DNA from: Rhodosorus marinus CCMP1338
Taxonomy: Eukaryota > Plantae > Rhodophyta
Reading direction: 5' to 3'
Assembly (NCBI GenBank): GCA_029953675.1
Contig: JAMWBK010000004.1
Span: 558,001-622,000 of the forward strand
Length of the DNA: 64,000 nt
Both the position numbers and the translations under genes were made by a program. This document shows, piece after piece, positions 14,016 to 24,489 of the stretch. The stretch's first letter is position 1. Every line of letters begins with the position of its first letter. Below the pieces are notes generated by a model. That model did no database searches. It saw only the letters and a program-made list of their open reading frames with translations, and was not told the DNA's origin.

Positions 14016-14921
14016 TTACCGACGGTATTCGTAGCATCCTTGGTAAAGGTTAGGGTCAAGACCGCTCACGCAGAGTGGTGGCTCTCGTGGGTATGTTGTG
14101 TTGACACCCAAGCAGGTCTTACACCAAGGCGTCTTGTTGTGTACGCACTTCTGTGTGCATTTTTCTTGAGAAAAGTGGACTGAGCATGTGTCGGGGTACT
14201 TGGTGCACTTCCCGTTACCCTCGCTGCAGGTATTGTCAATCTCTTCCACCTTTCCTTTCCTCAACCATTCAGTTTGACCATCCAGAGAGCAGGTACTGCA
14301 GTCGGTGTCAATCACTGTCTTCAATTCCTCACACACCGGATAGCCGCTGTGCTGGCAGTTCTTCTGAAGCTTGATGGTCACGTTGGGGAAGCTGCGATCA
14401 GCGATGATGCACTTCTTCCTATGGTCCCTGCACTGGAAGGGAAATCCTAATGGCTCTATGGCTGGAGGCAGAATAGGGTCCGAACTTGAAAGCCCGCAGT
14501 ACAAGTTGACTTTCCTCAACCTACTCTTCAATCTGCATTTCGGCGTCCTCGACACGTAGATCTTCAACTGCTTCTTGAGCACGCGCTCGACACATGAAGG
14601 GATCCCCTCGGACCATTCCACTGGGCAATTGCACATAATACAGTCCACGCCTCCCTTGCGAAGGTTGCAGGTGATGTCCACGTTGAAAAGCTGCGGCGGC
14701 GCCTGCTTGACACACTGCTCCGAGCACCCAGCACAGTTGTTGCATGTTACAAGCTCACAATTCGCATTGCAGCACTGTGTGCAGCTGGAAGAATCGCAGT
14801 AGCCACTCACTGGTCCGTCCGTGAGCCCAGGGACCAGTCCCGGTACGCACTTCTCTGGCTCATAAGCGAAGGCTCCTACCGCGAATAGGGCAACCGCTAG
14901 CAAGCAGTATCCAAACTTCAT
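14016..14921 (-). CDS. Secreted cysteine-rich protein (301 aa, 32 mature Cys), copy 1
   Basis: First ATG at 14921 (the ORF-track start at 14933 is GTG); signal peptide MKFGYCLLAVALFAVGAFA; open frame kept in three copies. Confidence 0.88.
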   Translation of the reverse strand: MKFGYCLLAVALFAVGAFAYEPEKCVPGLVPGLTDGPVSGYCDSSSCTQCCNANCELVTCNNCAGCSEQCVKQAPPQLFNVDITCNLRKGGVDCIMCNCPVEWSEGIPSCVERVLKKQLKIYVSRTPKCRLKSRLRKVNLYCGLSSSDPILPPAIEPLGFPFQCRDHRKKCIIADRSFPNVTIKLQKNCQHSGYPVCEELKTVIDTDCSTCSLDGQTEWLRKGKVEEIDNTCSEGNGKCTKYPDTCSVHFSQEKCTQKCVHNKTPWCKTCLGVNTTYPREPPLCVSGLDPNLYQGCYEYRR

Positions 14922-15028
14922 GACGAATCTCACTTAGTATTTACCTATGTACTAAACTGGTTTGTATCCAAGCCGCTTCTTGATGTTCACTGTCTACTCC
15001 ACTACCCAGCACTCAGCCGAAGCTCGGG

Positions 15029-15035
15029 TTTTATA
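15029..15035 (-). promoter_or_regulatory. TATA box of the Cys-rich gene
   Basis: GGGTATAAAA about 110 bp upstream of the ATG, retained in all four copies. Confidence 0.55.
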
Positions 15036-15419
15036 CCCTTCCAACCACGGCTCCGGCACGGCACTTCCTGTCGTGATCTTGACGTTTATCCGAAATTCTC
15101 ACCGCAAATGTCTTACGCCAAGGCTCACGTCGCCCTTCCTGCTCCCCCGCCAGCCCTCACCCGAGACAATTTTCTGATTGAGGTTAAAACCAGCAAGATA
15201 TCGCACCCATTTCCCCCTTATCTCTTTGCCAGGGGAATTAGTTTGAGTCTGTGGATAAACTACTCAATTCATCCATAATCATCAAACTCCCCTACCCACT
15301 CCTCCCCCCCTCTAGTGTCTAGTAAGAGTGTTCAGCAAAACGAGCGGCTTCCGATTTCGATACACAGACTTTTTGATCCTTTGAAAGCCGCTTAACATTC
15401 ATTGGACAATACACGGAAC

Positions 15420-18400
15420 TTTTGTCTATTTTGTTTTAAAAATGAGCACCGTGCAAAAGAATTCAAACGGAAAACCTGGGATTTGTTGACTGAAGAAGGC
15501 CTTGGGGGCTTCAGAGGAGAATCTGGAGTGGAAACTGATGATGATGTTGTGTACTAGGGTGGTAAGCTCCACCTCCCATATACTATATCTGATAATTTGC
15601 TTTTCCCTAGCTTTTGGACCGTTTTCTTTCAACAGAACGGAGACTGAAAATAGGGCTTGTGTCTCTGACGTGCGATGGGTACTGAGGGAGACTGCTCAGG
15701 GGAGTTAAGCGCAGCATTAGCATGGAGGAGCGAGACCCGCATAATACGATTTGCGTTTAAGGATTTTGGATTATGGAGCAGCCTTCAGAGCAGAAATTGA
15801 GTTTTTGGGATAGCGAGTTGGATAAGTAGGTACGTACTGCATTGTGGTCAGAAAGTTTTTGATACTCGAACGTGCATGAGGAGTTTTTGTTGGCTTTGGG
15901 GCGTGTCTTTAGAGGGCGCCTTTTTTAGGAGGAGGACTTTGCGGAGACGTTGGTGTGTTTGGTTCGGTCTTACCAGTTGTTTGAAACAAGAACAGTCTGG
16001 GTTTTGGTTCCAGCATTCTCTATTGGCTGTGAGTCTAGCAAACGGTGTAATATACATTAGAAACGAAGCAGAGAAATAGCAGTGCGTCCGCATTTTGCCT
16101 GATACACACTCTTGAGGTTTTTCATCCTCAATGCTCGGAAGTCTGAGATACCGGTGAATTTGGAGATCGCGACGGGCGGTTTGCTTCAATAAAGCTATAC
16201 GGATTTATAAAATATTTTCTACAGTGCGCGAGGAAGGGAACATACGAGGTGAAGATCCCTGTCGCCCCCATTCAGGACGCTCCGAGTTTAAGTACCTATG
16301 ACGTAAATTTCAGACACTCGTATGCTTGTGCATAGCCCACCCCCCCCTCCGAGTAATCAGTATCGTAACCGAAACGCTTGCTGGGTAGCTTTTCACTGCA
16401 TCGTATCGGGCAACGCGAGGTTTCTATCCAGGGAAGGCCTGTTTTAGCTGTTAAGCACTGTCGGCAGCTTTTTGGTTGTCACGTTGGTTGGGTGGGTTGG
16501 GCATGCTTTTTTTCCCTCTGAAAGTTCTCCAAATTTTGGTTCCACTGGCCAACATCAATAATAAAAGTGGGAAAACTTTCTCTGATGATTTGAGGGGTAG
16601 GACGAAGTTGCCCCATGAATTTCATGTTCAAAGTCTCTTCCACGCGCCTTCGAATGATAAAATTTGGTGTATCATTTGACTGTGTCGGCTCAGTGACTTT
16701 TGACTTTCTCGGGGGCGCTCCAAGACTCTTGCTCTCCTCTGGCAGAGGGTATTTCTCTCCGTGGGCTGCTTGTATATCTTTTAAGGCTATGTTAGGAAAG
16801 CTTTCGTGACGTGGAGAAGGCGGGTTTGGAGTGGTTGCGGAAATGTTTCACTGAGCATCCTGTTGAATACATGGAACTTTTGCGGGGTTTAAGTGTCTCT
16901 CCGTGGCGATATTCGAGCAGCATGCTTGCCGAGGCGCACCATCGGCGCCTGGGTTTGCACGCTTCCCTACCTAGTTCTGAAGTCCTTTTCACGGTTTGAG
17001 TAGCGCTTTAGGCTATGCTAAGTCGGGTTTAGAGTGGTTGCGGAAATGTTTTGCTGAGCATCCTACTGAATATTTGGCGCTCTTGAGGCGTTTAAGTGTC
17101 TCCCTTTGGCGATATTCCAGCGACATGCTTTCCGAGGCGCGCCATCGGCGCCTGGGGTTGCATACTTCCCTCCCTAGTTGTTAGTTCATCTTCACGCCTT
17201 GCGTAGCGCTTCAAGCTATGCTAGTAAAGTCCAGTCCAATAAAGCCAGTAAAACGACCAACCACAGAAGTGAGGACATTCTTGTCGTCACCCAGCTCAGC
17301 TCAAGCGGGCTGGGGGTTGAAGGTTTAGTCCGTGTCGAGCTGGGCGATCTGAGTAGACTCAAATGTAGCTGCCATTACCCCGATGTGAGTTTTAGATAGA
17401 CCTGGATTGTTGACATGAGCAATTCAACGCCACTCGATACCACAATTTCCAGCCGTCTATCGACGCCTTACCGAGCTCTTTCACCGCTCCACAACCACAA
17501 AGAGTTTAAACCGAGCGCAAAAAAAATAATGCTTTGGGTTATCTCCCTTACCAAAGAAGTGCAGGAATCGGATACGTAAGTATTCGACGAGCACCGATTT
17601 CTTCTGCAACTCCTTCTCAACTCCCCCCAAAACCTTTTCCCGACATGGTCTCCCAATCCTCTCCATGAGGTTTCCACCCTTCTTAGCAGTACACTCCGCT
17701 TCTGAACGCAAAATGGGATATCTCCAGTCGAGACCTAAAACACCGCCATCCGCGGGAGAGGAAAAAAAGAAGAAAAAAGGCTTCGGCTCCATCACCAGCA
17801 TATTAGTCAACTTCGAGACACTGTAAGAAAATCTGAATTCGGATGATTGTTTTTTGCTAGTAAAGTCCAGTCCTTTTTAAAAGTGTTTTTGAGAACTTTG
17901 CACAACGGTCGAAGGGAATCATTGGTCCTCATTAATGAGCATCTTCTACTGGGTTTTGCGGAAACTTTCCGGTTCTTTATGGCGAGTCCAGAGGTGTGTG
18001 GAGCGACTTGCGAGTTCTGTGAGTGTCGATTGGGTAGTTGGGTATCTGCTTTCCACTTCTGACTGGCTACGGAAGCGTATACGTATTCCCTTTTCCCCGG
18101 ATTTTTTATCTTTTTTCTAGAAGAAGGGAGAAGAATTGATTAGGAAGTCTAGTCAGGGATTGCATCAGTTGCTCTGTTGAGCTTCCTATTCATTGGCCAT
18201 TCACTGGTTTTAACTTTGGGCTTCCGTGGTGGAAGCGTGCGTGCTAGCGGCGCGCAATGATTTCACACCTCGGTGAGTTGAGAAATATCATCCTTGAATT
18301 ATCAACAGTTTCTTATTCTCGCCCGCACTTGCACCTCTTTGCTCGAAGCGAATTTTCGAAAACGTGATTAGGAAAAACTTCACCTGCTGGCTGATCGTGT

Positions 18401-19340
18401 TCCTCTAACCCTCTCTTGTAAATGCCCAGAATTGTTTGATTGCCGGTTACGTACTAGGGAGGAAGTTATCCCCTGTTTTTAAATAGGGTTTGAATGGGGA
18501 TCCGTTTCGGCAGCTAATTTCAATACAATACGATTCGGCACAGGTTAGGCCACAGAATTCGCCTTTTTCCTGTTGCAGACCTCTGGCCTCTTTGAACAAA
18601 CGGAAATTGAAAAAATTGTTTTGAATCTTCCTCGGAACTTGAAGGGCGGTAAATCTCTCCCTATCCCTGTCATCGGAGTACCATAGCCAGGTTATCCTGG
18701 ACTGTTCTGAATGAGTGAATGAATTTGTTTAGAGAACGTAAACAGATCGAGGGCATTTTTGATGAGATTTGCCTATTTATTCGACCGCCTATCACGTGCA
18801 AACTGGATTATTTGATCCTAAGATTAGGCTCCAAGCTGCCACAGTCCCCGTCCCTTTCACCGGAGTACAGTCGGGTTGTCGTCGACTGTTGTCCGAAACT
18901 TAGACCTGAGTCAGTGCGTTGTTGATGAGGTTTATCTGTATACACAACCGTCTATCCCGTCTTAACGGCACTTGTTTATTCTAGGATTAGCTTCCAACCT
19001 GCAAATCGCCCTCTTCCGTTTCACCGGAGTACACTCAGGTTATCCTCGACTGTTGTAGGAAACATAAAACAAATCCCGGGGCATAGATAATCGATAAACA
19101 ACCGTTGATGATGATTGTTGCCTCTTTAGTCGACCGTCTATCACGTTTTAACTGCATTTATTTAATCGAGGATTAATTTCCAACCTGGGTACTTTGCTGG
19201 ATGCTCTTCTTCGGTTGTGTTACTCTGAAAGCACGAAAGTGATAGGTTCGTGACAAAGTAAATCCGTGCTTTGGCAGGTATAGGCACGAATATAAGCATT
19301 CTAAGCCGTGCATGAACTCTCTGATTCAGCAATATCCTAC
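15420..19340 (-). pseudogene. Decayed multi-copy ORF 'X', unit 1 (interrupted by LINE fragments)
   Basis: Collinear homology with 23.5-24.5, 29.8-32.9 and 40.9-45.7 kb; recurring peptides (YLRIRFLHFxGKG, TPNFIIRRRVEETLN); 165-bp internal repeats at 18.7-19.1 kb; many stops and frameshifts. Confidence 0.6.
16796..17250 (+). mobile_element. Two head-to-tail 3' fragments of CRE-like LINE family A plus tail
   Basis: EKAGLEWLRKCF...HASLPS* and 3' UTR GCGTAGCGCTTxAGGCTATGCTA twice; tail AGTAAAGTCCAGTCC. Confidence 0.9.
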
Positions 19341-19429
19341 TCAAGCTTCTTCAAGTGGATCCCTTTTCCCTACATTTGCTCCAAAACCCTATGAGCGAGC
19401 GACGGGGCAGGCTTCAACGTGAAAAGGAG

Positions 19430-19830
19430 GTGGATTCCAAGGAATGCATGGAGATCGCTCTGCTTCTGCAGGACGAGAATTCATTCCTCTGATTGTTTTT
19501 TGATGACATCCTGCAGCTGGCACAGAGACTGAAGTTCTCACGACGAAGGATGTCCGACAGGACCAAAAATTCATGAATTGAAAGACTTTAGCCCGGCGCG
19601 TTACGAATGAATCTGTTTACAGGCGATAATACTTGGACATTCGAATCTGCCGTGGCCACCAATCAGAAGCGAATTCGCTTATATCAAGAACATTACGTGG
19701 GGAAGGTACTGTTTTTTATCATTCCAAACCTCAAGCCGGTAGATACCCCGATCGTCAAAGAGGAGAAGTCGGCCTTACAAAGGAAGCTTCTGAATCGGTT
19801 TTAGAGAAAGATGGTAGTAAACCACCACTG
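19430..19830 (+). mobile_element. Degenerate Ty1/Copia RT fragment (part of the amplified unit)
   Basis: Homologous to 45870-46480, which carries the YVDDIL and ELKDLG motifs. Confidence 0.7.
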
Positions 19831-19839
19831 AAAAACATT

Positions 19840-20990
19840 AGACCCGAGTGGGCTGCGCCGTCGAAGTCGAATCGGAACTGCCTCGATCAGCCTCGGCTAC
19901 CACGATCCCCCTTTGCCTTGCAGACCTCCTGGTCTCGGACGCAGCGGCCCGATCCTCAGAATACATAGAACTCGCGTTCACTTCACCCCTTGTCAAATAC
20001 CCCTTTCCCATCTGCCGCCATACGTGGGAGTGCACCAGCTGCTGTTCTTTGACGGCTGAAGGAATGACGACATGCCGAGAGCACAGCTAGCCTCTCCTCC
20101 TCTGAGGATTGGGCGCAATGGTTTCAGCATTCCATTTTAGAAAGTTTTGGTCGTTTTGAAGAGTCAAGCTTGGAGTGGCTGCGGTGGTATGGAAAGTTTC
20201 CATGCCCCAACTTTAACAAGTTCATTCATTCAAAAAAGAAGACACCGTATCGAAGCGCGGTCTTGTTTTCTCCTCGGGGTTTTTTCTTTCTTTCTCCGAT
20301 TAAACAAATTCATTGTCCCCTTGCACTAATCGCCCTCACTTTTTCTAAGGCTGTGAGGATCGTATTGACGGCTGTGGATACCACTTTCTGGGCTCGTGTG
20401 GACTATTGAGAGGTCATCGTACGAAACGTCACACCCGTCTCAAGTACATCCTGAGCGAATATTTGACCAGGGTTGGCCACACGGTTGAGGTTGACTCGGA
20501 CCTTCCCCGATCAGCCTCTTCCACCTCGCCCTCCTGTTTCATCGCAGATCTCCTGGTATCGAACCCCGCCGCCAGGTGGGCAGCATATGTGGTCGTCGCT
20601 GTCACATGCCCTGTGTCACGTACCTATCTTCCCACTGCTGCTCTTGGCCGGGGGGCAGCAGCTTCTGTAATTCGCCGACTGAAGGAACGACGGGATGCTG
20701 AGATCGCGGCCAGTATCCCCTGTGCAGAGGGCCGTTCTCACAGGTTCCAACCTTTTGATTGTGGAAAGCTTTAGGCATCTGGAAAAGTTCAGCTTGGAGT
20801 GGCTGCGGAAATACTTTACTGACCGTCCTGTTGAATATCTTGGACTCCTACGCTTGTTAAGTGTCGCTCTTTGGCGATCTTCAAGCAGCATGCTTACCGA
20901 GCGCGCGCAATCGCCGCCTGTGTTTGCACGCCGTTCTCCCTAGTTCCTAGTTTCCTCTCACGCCCAGCGTAGCGCTTCAGGCTATGCTAG
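19840..20990 (+). mobile_element. Old degraded family A RLE fragments with a family B 3' end at ~20245-20315
   Basis: RHTRLKYILSE...VGHTVEVDSDLP...IADLLV peptide; B 3' UTR CCTCGGGG...CCGATTAAAC. Confidence 0.8.
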
Positions 20991-21009
20991 TAAATCCGTA
21001 CAATTCATT

Positions 21010-21350
21010 CATCGTCGGGCCTCGTCACCAGCATTCTTTTTCGGTTCTCTCGATCTCCTCTTGTTTAGCGTTGTCCAGTACACTAGTTTCCAACAATACA
21101 CGTGGTACAGTGTTTCGTTCAATTTTCCGCTGGCAGTGGAAGGGGCTGTTGCCTCGACCTTAGGGGAAAAACCTCTCGCAGCCGCGAACGAAATGTTATT
21201 GTACCGCTCCAGTGTTTCCTTCTGGAACCTGCTTTCGTGCTCTGGACGGTCGTCCTGCAGTGAGTTTGCAATGGAGGAACGAGTTAAGTTAGTTGGAGAC
21301 TCAGAAAAAAAGACCATGGCGGAGAAAAAGACAACCGAAGTCGTAGAGTG
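21010..21350 (-). pseudogene. Decayed ORF 'Y' fragment, possibly protein-kinase-like
   Basis: Peptide AAARGFSPKV...GKLNETLYHV; duplicated at 26680-26930. Confidence 0.3.
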
Positions 21351-21359
21351 TTCTTAATA

Positions 21360-21700
21360 GCATGAGACGCCGCAAAGAGATCAAATACGCGGGGGCTTTG
21401 TCTTCCCCTGGTGTTCGTGCTTCGGCACTAGCACATCGCTTGGTACCCCTGATCATTGAGTGCTTTGGGTTCATGCGGATTAAACCATTCGTTTCGGGTT
21501 CATGGACTCTGTTGGTTCTCGCTGGCTTCGGGAGTTGTTCCGCGAACGCCCTGACCGTCTTCAATCGTTGTTTACCTGCTTAAGTTTCCTGCTGTGGCGC
21601 ATGAATGCCGCTTTGATGTTGGAGGCGCGAGTTCTTCGCCGCACTTACTCTTTTTTTCCCCTCGGGTTTTTTTTTTCAGCCTCCGATTAAACCATTCGTT
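21360..21700 (+). mobile_element. 5'-truncated family B LINE
   Basis: MRRRKEIKYAGALSSPG...LMLEARVLRR, matching 59763-60020. Confidence 0.9.
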
Positions 21701-22093
21701 CGTAATAGTCTAAGTGAGAGAATATATCTCAGATTTAGGAGTATTGTCTTTTTTTTTATTTTTGGAATAGTTCACAGGGACGGGAAACCAAACAAAAGTC
21801 ACTGAAGGTGACTTGACTGAGAAAAGTTTTGGCGAGCTTTTGGTACTGACCGAGCCCGGACTGCTGAAGTTTTTCTAAGGAGAAGCCTCCTTCTCTGTAG
21901 AGGACAAGGATGCCAGTGGATACAGGTCCAAGACCCACCGCGTTGTTTCGAAAGTATTGCGATGAGCGGGATTCTTGATGAATCAGATGAGAGTCGCTTT
22001 CTCAGAAGGTTCCGAACGGAGCAATCTAATCTCCCGATCCGCATTTGAACAAGAGACACTACGGTTACCCATTCACATCCCACCGGATGCAAT

Positions 22094-22999
22094 TTACCGA
22101 CGGTATTCGTAGCATCCTTGGTAAAGGTTAGGGTCGAGACCGCTCACGCAGAGTGGTGGCTCTCGTGGGTATGTTGTGTTGACACCCAAGCAGGTCTTAC
22201 ACCAAGGCGTCTTGTTGTGTACGCACTTCTGTGTGCATTTTTCTTGAGAAAAGTGGACTGAGCATGTGTCGGGGTACTTGGTGCACTTCCCGTTACCCTC
22301 GCTGCAGGTATTGTCAATCTCTTCCACCTTTCCTTTCCTCAACCATTCAGTTTGACCATCCAGAGAGCAGGTACTGCAGTCGGTGTCAATCACTGTCTTC
22401 AATTCCTCACACACCGGATAGCCGCTGTGTTGGCAGTTCTTCTGAAGCTTGATGGTCACGTTGGGGAAGCTGCGATCAGCGATGATGCACTTCTTCCTAT
22501 GGTCCCTGCACTGGAAGGGAAATCCTAATGGCTCTATGGCTGGAGGCAGAATAGGGTCCGAACTTGAAAGCCCGCAGTACAAGTTGACCTTCCTCAACCT
22601 ACTCTTCAATCTGCATTTCGGCGTCCTCGACACGTAGATCTTCAACTGCTTCTTGAGCACGCGCTCGACACATGAAGGGATCCCCTCGGACCATTCCACT
22701 GGGCAATTGCACATAATACAGTCCACGCCTCCCTTGCGAAGGTTGCAGGTGATGTCCACGTTGAAAATCTGCGGCGGCGCCTGCTTGACACACTGCTCCG
22801 AGCACCCAGCACAGTTGTTGCATGTTACAAGCTCACAATTCGCATTGCAGCACTGTGTGCAGCTGGAAGAATCGCAGTAGCCACTCACTGGTCCGTCCGT
22901 GAGCCCAGGGACCAGTCCCGGTACGCACTTCTCTGGCTCATAAGCGAAGGCTCCTACCGCGAATAGGGCAACCGCTAGCAAGCAGTATCCAAACTTCAT
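22094..22999 (-). CDS. Secreted cysteine-rich protein, copy 2
   Basis: Differs from copy 1 by one visible residue (PPQL versus PPQI). Confidence 0.88.
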   Translation of the reverse strand: MKFGYCLLAVALFAVGAFAYEPEKCVPGLVPGLTDGPVSGYCDSSSCTQCCNANCELVTCNNCAGCSEQCVKQAPPQIFNVDITCNLRKGGVDCIMCNCPVEWSEGIPSCVERVLKKQLKIYVSRTPKCRLKSRLRKVNLYCGLSSSDPILPPAIEPLGFPFQCRDHRKKCIIADRSFPNVTIKLQKNCQHSGYPVCEELKTVIDTDCSTCSLDGQTEWLRKGKVEEIDNTCSEGNGKCTKYPDTCSVHFSQEKCTQKCVHNKTPWCKTCLGVNTTYPREPPLCVSGLDPNLYQGCYEYRR

Positions 23000-23519
23000 G
23001 ACGAATCTCACTTAGTATTTACCTATGTATTAAGCTGGTTTGTCTCCAACCGGCTTCTTGATGTTCACTATCTACTCTACCACCCAGCACTCAGTCGAAG
23101 CTCGGGTTTTATACCCTTCCAACCAAGACTTCGGGACGGCATTTCCTGTCGTGATCCTGACATTTATCCGAAACTCTTACCGCAAATGCCTCAAGCCAAG
23201 GCTTGCATCGCCCTTACCCGCCTCCCCGCCATCCCTCCCCCCAGACATTTTGTGATTAAAGTTAAAACCGGCAAGATATCGCGCCCTTTTCCCCCCCCAT
23301 CTCGTTGCCAGGGGAAATGAATGAATTTGTTTCGGGGAAACAGGTCAGTGGGGTGTGGATAAAGTGCCTAATTCAACCATATTCATCAGAGCCTCCCACC
23401 CACTCCTGCCCCACTCTAGTGTAAGGGCGTTCAGCAAAACTCGCAGCTTCCGGTTTCGATGCACAGACTCTTTGATCCTGTGAAATCCACTTAAGTTTCA
23501 TTGGACAATACACGGAACT

Positions 23520-24485
23520 TTTGTATATTTTGTTTTAAAAATGAGCACCGTGCAAAAAAAATCAAAATGAAAACTTGGGATTGTTGACCGAAGGGCTTGG
23601 ACTGACTTCAGAGGAGAGTCTGGAGTGTATAGTGATGATTGACGATGATTACGAGGGTGGTAAGCTCCACCCGCCATGTGATATGCGTTATGATATGTTT
23701 ATCCCTAGCTTTCGGACTGTTTCTTTCAACAGAACAGAGACTGAAAATGAACGAATGGTTTAATCGGAGGCTGAAAAAAAAACCCGTGGCTATGGGGCGC
23801 GTCTTTAGAGGGCGCCTTTTTTTGGAAAGGGTTTTTGTGGAGACGTTGGTGTGTTTGGTTTGGTCTTATTCTCGTTTACAGGTTTTCAGCTGCAACCCAA
23901 TGATTTTTGTTTGAAGCGAGGACAGTCAGGGTTTTGGTTCTAGCATTCTATAGTGGCTGTGAAGTCTAGTAAAGGGTGTGCTAGTAAAGTCCAGTAAAGG
24001 GTGTAATATACATTAGAAATGAAGCGGAGAAATGACACTGCGTCTGCGTTTTGCCTGCTACACGCTCTTAGGTTTTATTCATCCTTACCTAGCTCTTTCA
24101 CGGCTCCACAAGCGCCAAAAATCCACAGCAAACGCAAAAAAAACTCTTTAGGTAATCTCCCTTGCCAAATTAGTGCAGGAATCGGATACGTAAGCATTCG
24201 CATAGCACCGATTTCTCTTGCAACTCCTTCTCAACTCGCCTCAAAATAGTTTTCCCTACATCGTCTCACAATCCTTTCCACGTTGCTTCTAACCTTCTTC
24301 TTCGCATTACACTCCGTGTCTGAACGGGAACGACTATCACCAGGGAGAGCCAGAACACCGCCCTCTGAATGAAGAAAAGAAAAGGAGGGGGGGACCATCA
24401 CCAGACGAATAGGCAACTTCGAGACACTGTAATAATGATCTGAATTCGAACGATTTTTAAAGGTTTTTTGGGAACTTTGCACAAC
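23520..24485 (-). pseudogene. ORF 'X' remnant, unit 2 (internally deleted)
   Basis: Homology to 15.4-17.8 kb with deletions at LINE junctions. Confidence 0.6.
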
Positions 24486-24489
24486 AGTG

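Noticed and set aside
14153-14802. Short overlapping ORFs conserved in all Cys-rich copies
   Set aside because: Shadow or antisense frames preserved only because the gene is duplicated
14922-14933. ORF-track start MRFV for the Cys-rich gene
   Set aside because: The codon is GTG; in a eukaryote the ATG 12 nt downstream, which begins the signal peptide, is the likely start
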